Shown here piece after piece: positions 54,071 to 64,000 of a DNA stretch of 64,000 nucleotides. The stretch covers positions 544,001 to 608,000 of the forward strand of contig CAWCPV010000004.1 of the NCBI GenBank assembly GCA_963797555.1, in the 5' to 3' direction. The position numbers and the translations under genes were made by a program. The notes under the pieces are model-generated. The model was not told the origin of the DNA. It made no database searches and saw nothing but the letters and a program-made list of their open reading frames with translations. Source of the stretch: an uncultured Gammaproteobacteria bacterium (GTDB taxonomy: Bacteria; Pseudomonadota; Gammaproteobacteria; CAWCPV01). Positions within the stretch are counted from its first letter, which is position 1, and every line of letters starts with the position of its first letter.

Positions 54071-54913
54071 ATGCTTGCCTATCGCCATCTATTCCACGCG
54101 GGCAACTTCGCGGACGTGTTCAAGCATGCGCTGCTTACCCGTCTGCTGCTCTTGCTGGTGCGCAAGGACAAGCCGTTCTGCTATCTCGACACTCACGCCG
54201 GCATCGGGCTGTACGATCTTCATCATCCGTGGGCGCAGAAGAACGTCGAGCACGAGGGCGGTATTGCCCGCCTGTGGGATCGCACGGACATACCCGAAGT
54301 GCTCGCCCCATACCTGGAAGCGGTGCGTGGCGAGAACCTCGACGGGAGGCTGCGCTTGTACCCCGGCTCTCCCCGCATCGCACGCCGTTTCATGCGCCCC
54401 CGTGACCGTATGGTCCTGATCGAGCTGAACACGCGCGACTGCACCCGGTTGCGCGAGCTATTCGCAGCCGATAGGCGCGTAGCGGTGAGTCACATGGACG
54501 GCTATCAGGCGCTCAAGGCTTTCCTGCCGCCATGGGAGCGACGTGGACTCACGCTGGTAGACTCCTCCTTCGACCGAGCGGCCGAGTTTGCGCGGCTTAT
54601 CGAAGCCCTGGTTTACGCCCACAAACGCTTCGCCACCGGCGTCTTGGCGCTCTGGTACCCGCTCATGGAGCCCAGCGTGGTACGTGCCTTCGAGCGCGGT
54701 GCGCTCGCGACGGGTATCCGCAAGATCCTGAAGCTGGACTTGGCCGTGCAGCCCGAGAGCTGGCGGATGAGTTTACGCGGTTGCGGCATGCTCGTGGTCA
54801 ATCCCCCCTTTCCGTTCGTGGAGGAGGCCGGGCGGCTGCTGGCCTGGCTGTGGCGGGCGCTCTCGCCCGAAGGCGGAGGAGGGTGGGGTGTGCGCTGGCT
54901 GGTGCCGGAATAA
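54071..54913 (+). CDS. rlmJ: 23S rRNA m6A2030 methyltransferase
   Basis: YRHLFHAGNFADVFKH, YLDTHAG.G.Y, YPGSP, DGY, WYP, VVNPP. Confidence 0.95.
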   Translation: MLAYRHLFHAGNFADVFKHALLTRLLLLLVRKDKPFCYLDTHAGIGLYDLHHPWAQKNVEHEGGIARLWDRTDIPEVLAPYLEAVRGENLDGRLRLYPGSPRIARRFMRPRDRMVLIELNTRDCTRLRELFAADRRVAVSHMDGYQALKAFLPPWERRGLTLVDSSFDRAAEFARLIEALVYAHKRFATGVLALWYPLMEPSVVRAFERGALATGIRKILKLDLAVQPESWRMSLRGCGMLVVNPPFPFVEEAGRLLAWLWRALSPEGGGGWGVRWLVPE

Positions 54914-55667
54914 CGCGGCTGGCGAGGATCGTTGGGCGCCTGAAACGGGCCATCCTCCGATGGGGGCTCGGCTAGCCAGCGTGCGGAGTGCACGCGTGCC
55001 TCCCCGAGCAGCACCACGGCCAGCGCCCCGTCGTGCTGCCGCCCCGTCAAAGTGGTCACGGCGCAGCCCGTGGTCCCGTGCGGCGGGTGTGCAGGCGTTG
55101 TCGGCAACGGCGACCGGCGTGCGCCAGCTTTCCTGCCATCGCCCGGCGTGAGCGCAACGCGCCTTAATCGACCGCCGGCGGGCTGGAGGACAAACAGCGA
55201 CGGGCCGCCTGAGATGCCATCGCGCCGTTCGGACTGCACCGCATCCCGGCGGCTCGCGCCTTCAGGCAGCATCGACTGTCCCTGCCGGACGTAAGGTTTC
55301 CGCACCGCGCTATTTCCCTCAGCCGCAAGCGATTTTCGGCAACTGGGCACACTACAGCCACTCCCACGCAACGCCCCATCCCCTTCGGTACCCGCCGACG
55401 GCAGAGGAGGGAGTGTTTGGGCGGGTAGGCAGGCACTGTGACATCCTTTTACAATTTCCGACAGAGCGGTGATTTCGTTTCTCGGGGGTAACGGCTAGAT
55501 TACCCACTGGTACCGGATGGTACGAACTGGACGGTGCCGCAAACCCGACGCCAGGGGCTGTCTTGGCGGCCTCGCGCTGAGGCCGGCGTTAAGACCGATG
55601 AGCTAATCTGGTCGAGGGAAATCGTTTCGACTGGTCCAAACGCCAGCTAATTGAGGAGATACCTCTC

Positions 55668-55949
55668 ATGAAGAAGACTGTCCTCGCCGCGACCGCGCTG
55701 AGCGTGTTTTTCGCCGCCTCCTTGCCGCTGATGGCGGCAACGAAGCACAAGACTCCGGACGAAACTTGCCATGCGTTGGCGAAGAAGCACCACGTCCCGG
55801 AAGACAAGATCGACGCCTATATGAAGACGTGTGTGGAGAAGCACACCAAGACCGCACACAAGACACACAAGAAGGCGCAGGCCGCACCGCCTGCCGCCCC
55901 TGCTCCGGCCGCTCCGAGCGGAGAGGCCCCCGCGGAGCCGGCTAAGTAG
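55668..55949 (+). CDS. Small secreted His/Lys-rich protein
   Basis: GAGGAG RBS, signal peptide, two Cys, Pro/Ala tail. Confidence 0.7.
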   Translation: MKKTVLAATALSVFFAASLPLMAATKHKTPDETCHALAKKHHVPEDKIDAYMKTCVEKHTKTAHKTHKKAQAAPPAAPAPAAPSGEAPAEPAK

Positions 55950-55970
55950 CCGAACGGCATCTGACCTCTG

Positions 55971-55995
55971 ACCCCGCCTGTACGGCGGGGTTTTT
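55971..55995 (+). terminator. Rho-independent terminator
   Basis: accccgcc-tgtac-ggcggggt followed by TTTT. Confidence 0.75.
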
Positions 55996-56139
55996 GGTCC
56001 TGACTCCGCAGGAAACTGCAGGCGATGAGAGCGGGCGCTCCGCCAGCCCCCAATCGTGCACGCTGATCTCGGGCGTGCTTGGTGGAGACGGGTGAGGCGG
56101 AGCTGAGATCATTGGCCGTGGAACTTTAAGGAGTGCTCT

Positions 56140-56475
56140 ATGCGCATTCGGAATAGCTTGCTGGTCGGCGCCCTGCTGCTGGGTGCCGCGCCCCTGTGCT
56201 GGGCCGCCGACACGTGCTTTATCGCGGCGAAGAAACTGACCGAGGATGCCCAGGACATCCGGCTCAAGGCACTGGACATGGGCTGGACGGTGGGCAAGAC
56301 GGCCTCGCTCTCCGCTGCCAGCGTCATCGAGACCAAAGCGAGCGTTTACCCCAAGGACGAGGTGGAGGTTTGCCTGCGCGTGGCGGGAGAGAAGCTGCAG
56401 GTCAAGGTGCAATCGAAGGCCAAGGACGCAGGACAGGCCGAGTGGCACGGACTGCCGGCAACGAAAAAGCCGTGA
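56140..56475 (+). CDS. Small secreted hypothetical protein
   Basis: AAGGAG RBS, signal peptide. Confidence 0.65.
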   Translation: MRIRNSLLVGALLLGAAPLCWAADTCFIAAKKLTEDAQDIRLKALDMGWTVGKTASLSAASVIETKASVYPKDEVEVCLRVAGEKLQVKVQSKAKDAGQAEWHGLPATKKP

Positions 56476-56962
56476 CGGGTTGACGGTCGCCAGCCTGGCG
56501 GTCGGTTCATCCTCTCTTGATCGATGGCCCCTCGGCGGTGGCGCGAAGAGCGCTGACTGCAAGTGGTACGTTTTGGCGGAAGCGGCACGGGCCACGAGCG
56601 GGCCATTGGCGGTGGTGCAGGACTGCTTACTGCTTTCAGTCGTTTGGGGCGCTCCTGGCTTCTGAGCAGGGAAGGCTTGGGGGGGTCGCTCTGTTACCCT
56701 GCCACCACCCGAGGAACTGAGAGCTTGCGAAAAAACTGTTGCGCGTCCTGATGGACTACCGGCATATCCGCAAGCTGCAGGTGGGGACGGGCTGAAGAAA
56801 ACCGCCCCCCGGGTTGAGCCTGGACCGGGGGCGCCGGTGCATCGAGCCCGATGAGCGTGCGCCCGTGCGAGCTGATCGGCCTGTCCAGGGCGAGCGACCA
56901 CCGCGCAGATCCTCCAGGGGGAAGAAAGTGCGGCCACTCTGGCGCTGATGCGCTGCATTCGG

Positions 56963-59900
56963 TCAGGGCCGGGTCTGATAGCGGAAGAGCGTGGTCTCTG
57001 CCCTCTCGTCCATCAAGCGGTCGATCCCTCCGCTCAGATCGTACCGGTGGATCGTCTCGAGCCCCCTCTGATCAATGATTTTCAAGTCTATCGAGCGATC
57101 GTGGAAACTCCGGCTCCTGGCAAACGCATGTACGTGGACCATTATCGGCTCGCTGGAAGGAAATGCGCTTTTCAGCAGACCCGAGAGTTCCTGCTGGACT
57201 TTGTAGGCCGGCTGGTAGCGATCGTCAGTCTTCTTAAGCTCGCGGCAATGCACGGTCAGTTTCTTTACCGCGGCCGCGCGCTGGGAAATGATACGCAGCA
57301 GGTCGACGAGAGCCTTGCGCTGGAATCCCTCGACGCCGCAATAGGGGTCCCGGATGACGATCTCTTCGACGTGCGCTCCTTGCGTGGGCGCAAAGTAGGC
57401 GGAGAAATTACGCGCCGCGCCAGCCTTGACTTCCCAGCGTTCGATCGGGACGGTGTCCAGGAAGTGGTCAGCCGGATAGTGGCTCGCGACTGCTTCGAGG
57501 TGCTTCAGCCGTTCCGCAATTACTGCGTCCAGGCTGGTCTGGTAGACAGGCTCCGGTAACAAGCTGTCGAGGACAGAGACGAGCGGCTGGGCGCTGATCC
57601 AAGCCCGCGCTCCCTCCTCTGTCCCCGCCCATATCCGGGGGACTTGCGGAAGGTCGGCCTCGCCCAACCCAATAATGTGTGCGATCTGCAGGCGCCCATC
57701 TTTGAGGTAGGGATAAAGATATCGAAGCGTCTGCCTCAGACGGGCCGACGACTGAATCATTCCGACCTCGAGAGGCTCTGTCAGCAGTATCGATGCCCGC
57801 CCGCCCTTGTTAAGCCAGTCCAGCAGCCATTGGCGAGGGCCCTCTTGCTCGCTCGTCCGGGTATCGAGAGCCGGTGCCAGCAGATGCAACTCCCGGCACC
57901 CCACCACCCGCTCCGTGAGCCCCGCGAGGCTTGGTTGCAACCAGCGTGCAGCGCCCCGCTCGACGTATGGATCGCGCTCTAAACTAGCGAGCAGCTCCCC
58001 GAGCCAGGTCACTACCGGACGGCGGTCGAAATAGTCCCAGGCTTGCTGGTTCGAGTAGTCGTAGAGGCAGGCACTGCACGCGCTGGCACAGCTCCGCGGG
58101 CAGTCGAGGCGGGCCGCCGCGCGTCGCAGCAAATCCTCGATCGCCGCATCCTCGTGTATCCGCACGCAGTACCCGGCCCCGCCTGCAACCGCGTCGTACA
58201 GTATCGCCTCGATCATCTGGCCTCGGCGGCGGTACGTGGCTCGCAGCTCGTTGGAATGGATGCCAAGCACTTCCGCTGCCGCGAAGCGCAGAGCCTCGCT
58301 AAGTGTCCGCGCAAAGGACTCGTCGAAACGCTGTAGGTTGCCGACTCCCTCGGGGGCCGGAGGCAACGGCGCAAGGAACCGGAGAAGCAGCACGTCGGTC
58401 TCGAATTCGTGGGCCATGTCCTGCGGAAAGGACAGGCGTTGATTCCGGCAGGTCTCACCGGTAAGAGGGTCTTTGTGCGATCGGTCGAGTGCCCTCATCT
58501 GCTTTGCGGCGTCGGCATAGTTGCAGAGGCTGCAAATGTGATAACCGACCCCGCGAGGCCCGCGGTTCACTATGAACAGTCGTCCCGGCTGGTCCTCCGG
58601 ATCGGCAGGCTGCGCCCTCAACAGGGCAATCCTGGCTAACCCAGGCACCGAATCAAGGAACTGCTCCGGGCGTGGAATCGTAATCAGCCTCGCCTCGTCC
58701 GCCTGCCGCTCGCGGCGTCGGTGGCTTCCCGGGTCCTGTCCGTAGCGCTCGTCGTAGCCGGTGACGAAGCCGAGCGGTTTGAGGAATGGGCGCGGTATAC
58801 GCCGCTCCCTGCTTCCGCAGTTGGTGCACTCTACGGCAACGTCGGATTTCTCGATTCCCACGTCTACATGGTGGCAGCTAGGGCAGGCGGCGTACCACTC
58901 CGTCGGCATAAACATCTTGGGGTAGCGGGCCAAGCCAGCGCTCCGCCATATCCTGCCGTTGGCGACGACCTCGGCACCGGGGGCATACTCGCTGATACCC
59001 ATGGTCGCGTCACGCGTCAGCGCGATGTCGCTGTTCTGCCCGAACCTGCTCGCCTGCCCGTAGTCACGAATGACCTCGAGCGAAAGACTGTGTACAGGAA
59101 AGCTGTACGTCGGGATCAGGCTCCGCTGAGAGAGTTGGTTTACCAGGAACTGGTCGAGGTAACGCTCGCGCAAATGTATCCAATGCGCCAGGCGCCCGGC
59201 GGCCCTCCTATCGGTTCCGGCCAACTGATACGCTTCATCGACCCTCGTGGTATAAAGCTGCCACCGCTCATGCACTTCCTGCGCGAATCGGAGCATCTGC
59301 TCGCGGAAGTGGGCGGCGAGCGCATACCCTCGAAGCGCGACGTTTGGTGCCAAGGATTCCGGCAGAAACCGAGCCAGGCGCTCGGCTTCCCCGAGGGCCG
59401 CCTTGCCGCCGGTTCCGTCGAGCCAAGCGTCCAGGTCGTCCCGCCATTTGTCGAACTCTGCGGAGCCGAACGAAACCCCAAAAAGATCCGCGAGGGTGGG
59501 GGCGTTTCGGGTGAAGTCCCTGATCCGATGGCGCAGGAACCAAGAGAGCACGATCCCGTTCTGATGCCGTTGAAACAGGCGCGGGCTATCGAGCAGCACG
59601 AATGGAACCGGAGCACGCTCCCCCAAGTACTCCCGAAAGCGTCGGAATCCCGCCTGATCATACTGGCTCGTCCGAGCGATCGTCACGCAGAAGGGTGCCG
59701 CCTGCCCGCGGCGTCCCGCCCGTCCGGTACGCTGTTGGTAGTTGGCGATCCCGGGCGGCAGGTTGAGGTTAACCACGGCATCCAGGTCGCCCAGGTCCAC
59801 GCCCAGCTCCATCGTCGTCGTGCAGCTCAGGACATTGACCCTCCCCTCGGCGAACTCCCGCTCAATCTCCTCCCGAAGCTCGGTGGAGAGCGAGGCCGTG

Positions 59901-62863
59901 TGCTCGCGAGCTCGCGGGGTCAAGCCCGGGCTATTGACGTAGGTGTAGAGGTAGTGGTTGACCTCTCGCATTCGGGCCCGTTCCACGGCATCCAATGGGG
60001 TTGCGGAGCCTCGGCACCCGAACGCGCTGCACTTCCCGCTCACAGCGTCCATCTGCAATAATCCACAGGCGTCGCAAACGAGGAGTCCCACCGAGTCAGC
60101 GTTCGCGAACCGCAGAAGTCGGGCGTCGAGCCCGAATCCCGGCTGAACGGGGACGAGGAGATTACCCTTCAGCAAACCTTCCCACACGATCCCAAGAAAA
60201 TCTCGCGTGGCAGTCCAGCTCCAGCCAAGCTGCCCTACGAGGTACCGGGTCCGACGGTTGTGGCGGCGCCCCCCTTCTGGCGGCAGCCAGGCGAAACGCA
60301 CTTTCGGGTTGGTCCTGTAGAGCTCGAACGAGCGGTGCCCGGCGTATATGGGTCCCCAGATGAACGGATCTTTCATCGGGACATCGTAGAGTTCTCCGAT
60401 CGCGCGCTCCCGCCGGATCGTTTCCAGCAGGAAGCGTAGCAGCCGGTCGAGTTCCGGCTGTTCCGTCTCGGGCACCTGGCTCCTTACGGCATCTCGAAGC
60501 CTTCTAAACTTGTTCGCCTGATAGTCGACTCGCACGAGTCCCAGCGACTCCAACGAGTTGCGGCGCCCCCCTGGAGTGCAGAATTCGGCGGCAATGCGCC
60601 CCAAGAGCAGGTCTCGCATCCTCTGCATGGTGCTGATCACCCGGCCCTCCCGGTCCAACATCACGGGGAGGCCACGCCTATTCCAGAACTGGAATACCTT
60701 GTCGGCGAGGATCTCCAGGTCCATGGGCTCGTCATCCCCGCACAGGACTGCGTAAATCGCCCGCCGCAGGGCAAGGTCCCCTGCGGTGACCTGAAAGTAG
60801 GGGGCGAAGAAAGCAGCGTCCTGGCGGTTGTCCGAGAAGGTCAGCAGGCTGCGTCCGCCCATCGGTAGCTGCTCGTCCTCCTGCGGGGCCTGTGGCAACG
60901 ACTCCAGCACCTTCTGCACCACCACGGTGGCCAGGGCCTCGTTGCCTGGATGCATGCGCGTCACGACCTCGGCGTCGGCTGCCGCCGCTGTCCCACCGCA
61001 GGCTGGGCAGCGCCGAACGTAGATGGCGTTTTCTTCGTCGTCCTTCTGCATCGCCACCTCATACAGGGTGACAGCTTCCGGACCCTGAACCAAGAGTCGA
61101 CCCGTCTTGGGGTCCAGCGCGGTTGTTGTGGCCGTGGCCGAGTCTTGCTCAGCCCCACCTTCTTCGTCTTCGTCGTCCGACTCGTCGCGAGTGCGACTCG
61201 CCGGGGGGACACCGAGCCAGAAGACACGGCGAACGGCTCTTCCTTCCTCAACCAGAGGCCTGCGGTTATACAGCGTGGTGGCGTACTCGAAGCCCTCGAT
61301 ATACGGCTGACCACACTTGCGGCAGACGAGGAGCGGGTAGTAAAGCCCTGACTCGTCCTCCCCCTGGCGTAGGGCTTGGGCGGCCGCCCAGCCCTCCGGC
61401 GAACCGTCGGGACGCACCGCGACTCCCTCGATGCTATTGGTGGCGATGTGGTATCGCGCCGGCAGCAGCGGAAACTCATCAGGATGGGCCCGGGCCAACG
61501 TGCCGACCAGGACTACGGCGCTGAGCGCGGCCCCGAGGTCCCTCTCCGGCGCGCCGGGGCGACCTTCAAAGGTGCGCTCCGCGACCCACTGGAAATCCAT
61601 GACGCCCCCCTCGTCCAGGATGGACGAGACCCTTCGCACCTCCCGGTTTGCCGCGAACAACGCCTCCAAGGCTACCCCGAGCGAAGAGCCACGTGCCAAC
61701 GGGGGTAACCTTCCTTGCAACTCCGCGCGGCGTGTGACCTTGTCCCATGTGTCCCGGTCGAGTTGACCGTCGGCGACCTCTTTTAGCTCACGACCCAAGT
61801 TTACCCAGCCGTCGACGCTCAAGCTCCACAGATCGTCGCGTGCCTCCCGCAAGCGCACGTGCGGAACCCGTCTGCCCCGTATTACCTGCCCGATGGGCTC
61901 CCCGAAGAGGTCAGAGGCGAAGCGACAAATCCGCGCGTCCGCCCCCTCGTACTCCGGCAGGCTCGCGCTGGTGCCGAAGACCTGCAGCGGCTGACCGAGA
62001 TCGAGTCGGTTCTTGAGTTTGCGCAACAGGAACGCCACCTCGGTGGCCTGCGCCCCGCTGTATGTGTGAATCTCGTCGAGTACCACGACCAGTAAGGTAC
62101 GATGCACGAAGAGGGGCGCGTTGCGGGGGAGGAGCAGAAGGTGCTCCAACATGGCGTAGTTGGTGATGAGGATCTTCGGGGGCTGCTGCAGCATCTCCTC
62201 GCGAGTGAGCAGCCAGTTCGAGGGGATGTCCCTAACGCCCAACGCCTTCATCAACTTCGGGTTTTTCCGCAGCCGCTGCTCCTCCTCACCCCGCGCTGCG
62301 TTGGCACGTATCTGAGAGGTGAAACGCCCGAGGGTGATGCCGGCCGCACGCAGGTAGACCCCGAATAGAGGGGCGATGCGGTAATAGAGCTGGTCGTTGG
62401 CGAGGGCATTCATCGGGTAGACGATAAGGCAACGCACGCCCGGCGTATCTGGGCGCAAGTCCTCCAGCAGGCGATGGGCGATGGGGTAGAGGAACGTCTC
62501 GGTTTTGCCGCTGCCCGTGCCGGTTGCAACCAGCAGGTTTTCGCGATCCCGGCAGGCGAGGGTCAGCGCCGTCTCCTGATGGAGGTGCAGTCGCCGTGCC
62601 TGGAGGTGCTCCGGTAGCGCCAAGAGACCATCGTGCAGAAATCCCCCGTTTGTCCTCAACAGAGCATCAAGCGATCTGCCTTTCTCAAAGTCTGGCAGCC
62701 CCTCCACGAAGGGGCCGCGCAGAAGTTCCTGCTCCGCCAACAGCCGCCGAAACTCCTGCCGAAGCTTTGGATAACGGCGGCTGATGGGCAGCGCCGTCGG
62801 GATATAGCGGCGCAAAGTGTCGGAGAGGGTCTCGACCAATCGGAGGGGGTTGGTCTCTGTCAT
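56963..62863 (-). CDS. Giant SF2 DEAD/DEAH helicase with DUF1998 and a PLD-like C-terminus (Druantia DruE-like)
   Basis: [65 protein letters not shown]1998 CxxxCxxxCxxC, IRDPY/FHDR; 1966 aa. Confidence 0.85.
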   Translation of the reverse strand: MTETNPLRLVETLSDTLRRYIPTALPISRRYPKLRQEFRRLLAEQELLRGPFVEGLPDFEKGRSLDALLRTNGGFLHDGLLALPEHLQARRLHLHQETALTLACRDRENLLVATGTGSGKTETFLYPIAHRLLEDLRPDTPGVRCLIVYPMNALANDQLYYRIAPLFGVYLRAAGITLGRFTSQIRANAARGEEEQRLRKNPKLMKALGVRDIPSNWLLTREEMLQQPPKILITNYAMLEHLLLLPRNAPLFVHRTLLVVVLDEIHTYSGAQATEVAFLLRKLKNRLDLGQPLQVFGTSASLPEYEGADARICRFASDLFGEPIGQVIRGRRVPHVRLREARDDLWSLSVDGWVNLGRELKEVADGQLDRDTWDKVTRRAELQGRLPPLARGSSLGVALEALFAANREVRRVSSILDEGGVMDFQWVAERTFEGRPGAPERDLGAALSAVVLVGTLARAHPDEFPLLPARYHIATNSIEGVAVRPDGSPEGWAAAQALRQGEDESGLYYPLLVCRKCGQPYIEGFEYATTLYNRRPLVEEGRAVRRVFWLGVPPASRTRDESDDEDEEGGAEQDSATATTTALDPKTGRLLVQGPEAVTLYEVAMQKDDEENAIYVRRCPACGGTAAAADAEVVTRMHPGNEALATVVVQKVLESLPQAPQEDEQLPMGGRSLLTFSDNRQDAAFFAPYFQVTAGDLALRRAIYAVLCGDDEPMDLEILADKVFQFWNRRGLPVMLDREGRVISTMQRMRDLLLGRIAAEFCTPGGRRNSLESLGLVRVDYQANKFRRLRDAVRSQVPETEQPELDRLLRFLLETIRRERAIGELYDVPMKDPFIWGPIYAGHRSFELYRTNPKVRFAWLPPEGGRRHNRRTRYLVGQLGWSWTATRDFLGIVWEGLLKGNLLVPVQPGFGLDARLLRFANADSVGLLVCDACGLLQMDAVSGKCSAFGCRGSATPLDAVERARMREVNHYLYTYVNSPGLTPRAREHTASLSTELREEIEREFAEGRVNVLSCTTTMELGVDLGDLDAVVNLNLPPGIANYQQRTGRAGRRGQAAPFCVTIARTSQYDQAGFRRFREYLGERAPVPFVLLDSPRLFQRHQNGIVLSWFLRHRIRDFTRNAPTLADLFGVSFGSAEFDKWRDDLDAWLDGTGGKAALGEAERLARFLPESLAPNVALRGYALAAHFREQMLRFAQEVHERWQLYTTRVDEAYQLAGTDRRAAGRLAHWIHLRERYLDQFLVNQLSQRSLIPTYSFPVHSLSLEVIRDYGQASRFGQNSDIALTRDATMGISEYAPGAEVVANGRIWRSAGLARYPKMFMPTEWYAACPSCHHVDVGIEKSDVAVECTNCGSRERRIPRPFLKPLGFVTGYDERYGQDPGSHRRRERQADEARLITIPRPEQFLDSVPGLARIALLRAQPADPEDQPGRLFIVNRGPRGVGYHICSLCNYADAAKQMRALDRSHKDPLTGETCRNQRLSFPQDMAHEFETDVLLLRFLAPLPPAPEGVGNLQRFDESFARTLSEALRFAAAEVLGIHSNELRATYRRRGQMIEAILYDAVAGGAGYCVRIHEDAAIEDLLRRAAARLDCPRSCASACSACLYDYSNQQAWDYFDRRPVVTWLGELLASLERDPYVERGAARWLQPSLAGLTERVVGCRELHLLAPALDTRTSEQEGPRQWLLDWLNKGGRASILLTEPLEVGMIQSSARLRQTLRYLYPYLKDGRLQIAHIIGLGEADLPQVPRIWAGTEEGARAWISAQPLVSVLDSLLPEPVYQTSLDAVIAERLKHLEAVASHYPADHFLDTVPIERWEVKAGAARNFSAYFAPTQGAHVEEIVIRDPYCGVEGFQRKALVDLLRIISQRAAAVKKLTVHCRELKKTDDRYQPAYKVQQELSGLLKSAFPSSEPIMVHVHAFARSRSFHDRSIDLKIIDQRGLETIHRYDLSGGIDRLMDERAETTLFRYQTRP

Positions 62864-62878
62864 CCTGCTCTTCTCCGT

Positions 62879-64000
62879 CTAATTCTCCGACGCGAAAGCG
62901 AGCTCCCACAGCAGAAGGTAGTAGCCGAGGACCTCTTCTCCGAGGTGCAGAAGGTAGGCCACTACGCTGTGAAGATCATCTTCACTGAATCCCGCGGCTC
63001 GGCGAAGAGCGGCTTGGAACTGGTCCAGGGTACCCGCCGCTCGGACCTCCCAGCGACAGACCTGGGCCATCAACGAAAGGAAGCTTACCATCGCATGTAG
63101 ATTCTCCTGCTGCTGAAGTTCCTCGTCCGTCAGCAGGCTGGGACCGGCATCCGCGAGCAATCCGAGGGTAGCGTGCTGCCCACAAAGGTGGGCTGGATAG
63201 CCCTCCCCGAAGTCGTCCAGGGCGCAGTGATTGAGCCGATTTAGCAGATACAGGCTGCGCGTGCGCCTCAGCTCGTTGCCCTCAAGGCTATTCTGGTAAC
63301 GCTCCCGCAGGTGTGCGAGGGCGAAATGGTAATGTAGCGCCCCCAGGTAGTCCCCCCTCCCTGGTTGCCAGTCCTCCTGGCGTAACAGACGCCACCGACC
63401 CGAGAGATCCGACACCTTCAGCGCGTCGTGGAGGGCCTGTACACGAAATCCCTGCGGTTTTTCACCTCTCGCCATGCCGGCGAGGTTTGAGAAAGCGCCC
63501 GCGAAAATGCTGTCGAGTATGCCGTCCGTGAACAGACGAAGGAGGTCTCCACTGAACGCCGGAAGCAGGCCAAGGCTGCGGGTGAGTCCACTTTGACCAC
63601 TTGTGGGCCGGGTTGGGGCGTCGGCGAGCACGCTGTAGGACGATGAGCTTTGGGCCAGCAGCCAGGGCAGGGCCACCGGGATCGACAGGAGCGGCACCCA
63701 GCTCAAAGACGCGGTCTCAGGCGGGTGTTGCCCGCTGAGACGCCCAAGCTCCTGAAGCACCGACCCTCCTTGAGGGCCGAACCGGCCGACGAGCCGTCTC
63801 CAGAAGTCCCCGACCCACCCCATCTGTGACCAGGCCTCCTGCGCGTGGCAGACGAGGACGAAGGAGTGCACGCGGGTGAGGACCTCCAATGCCTGGTCGT
63901 CGTTGAGCCCGTCAAGCCAGGCATCGGCCTCCATTCGGCTTCCTGAGCGACCTCCAGCACCCAGCAGGAACCCCGCCGAGTACGTGTCACCCCTAGCGTT
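62879..64000 (-). CDS. Partial protein directly upstream of the helicase (candidate DruH-like partner)
   Basis: ORF appears to extend toward the window end; 15 bp from the helicase start; identity inferred from context only. Confidence 0.45.
   Translation of the reverse strand, partial: NARGDTYSAGFLLGAGGRSGSRMEADAWLDGLNDDQALEVLTRVHSFVLVCHAQEAWSQMGWVGDFWRRLVGRFGPQGGSVLQELGRLSGQHPPETASLSWVPLLSIPVALPWLLAQSSSSYSVLADAPTRPTSGQSGLTRSLGLLPAFSGDLLRLFTDGILDSIFAGAFSNLAGMARGEKPQGFRVQALHDALKVSDLSGRWRLLRQEDWQPGRGDYLGALHYHFALAHLRERYQNSLEGNELRRTRSLYLLNRLNHCALDDFGEGYPAHLCGQHATLGLLADAGPSLLTDEELQQQENLHAMVSFLSLMAQVCRWEVRAAGTLDQFQAALRRAAGFSEDDLHSVVAYLLHLGEEVLGYYLLLWELAFASEN

Noticed and set aside
55961-55975. 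ctgacctctgacccc as another RAYT-associated motif
   Set aside because: It overlaps a terminator stem far from the RAYTs and could be chance.
1-64000. tRNA or rRNA genes
   Set aside because: None recognised by eye; a tRNAscan/Infernal run would be needed to exclude them.

Overview
GC-rich bacterial DNA, probably Gammaproteobacteria-like, with many single-base frameshifts that suggest an imperfectly polished consensus. 1-4.7 kb: a STAND NTPase/FGE(C-type lectin) protein with a DGR-type variable C-terminus, then an AAA_21 + RloB (AbiL-like) pair. 5-13.6 kb: an exported-redox operon with three diheme RoxA/MauG-like cytochromes c and a Tat-exported GMC oxidoreductase. 13.6-30 kb: a mobile/defence mosaic containing VapBC, a group II intron 3' fragment, a P-type ATPase, RAYT elements, IS3/IS4 remnants and a minus-strand integron cassette array with no intI in the window (TIR protein, AbiGi-like gene, HicAB, hypothetical). 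The most striking feature is two copies of a 2.6-kb unit encoding an IntI-related tyrosine recombinase plus an IS91-type HUH transposase. It is built like an integron cassette (starts GTTGAAC, ends in a 59-bp GTTCAAC...GTT hairpin). One copy heads the array; the other is integrated precisely at a GTT inside the AbiGi-like gene. 30-56.5 kb: mostly housekeeping genes (RND pump, DUF2157 pair, LOG, M16 peptidase, CDF, two-component system, SCO/PCuAC/CtaG, Hsp20, serine hydrolase, rlmJ). 57-64 kb: a Druantia DruE-like helicase and a partial upstream partner.
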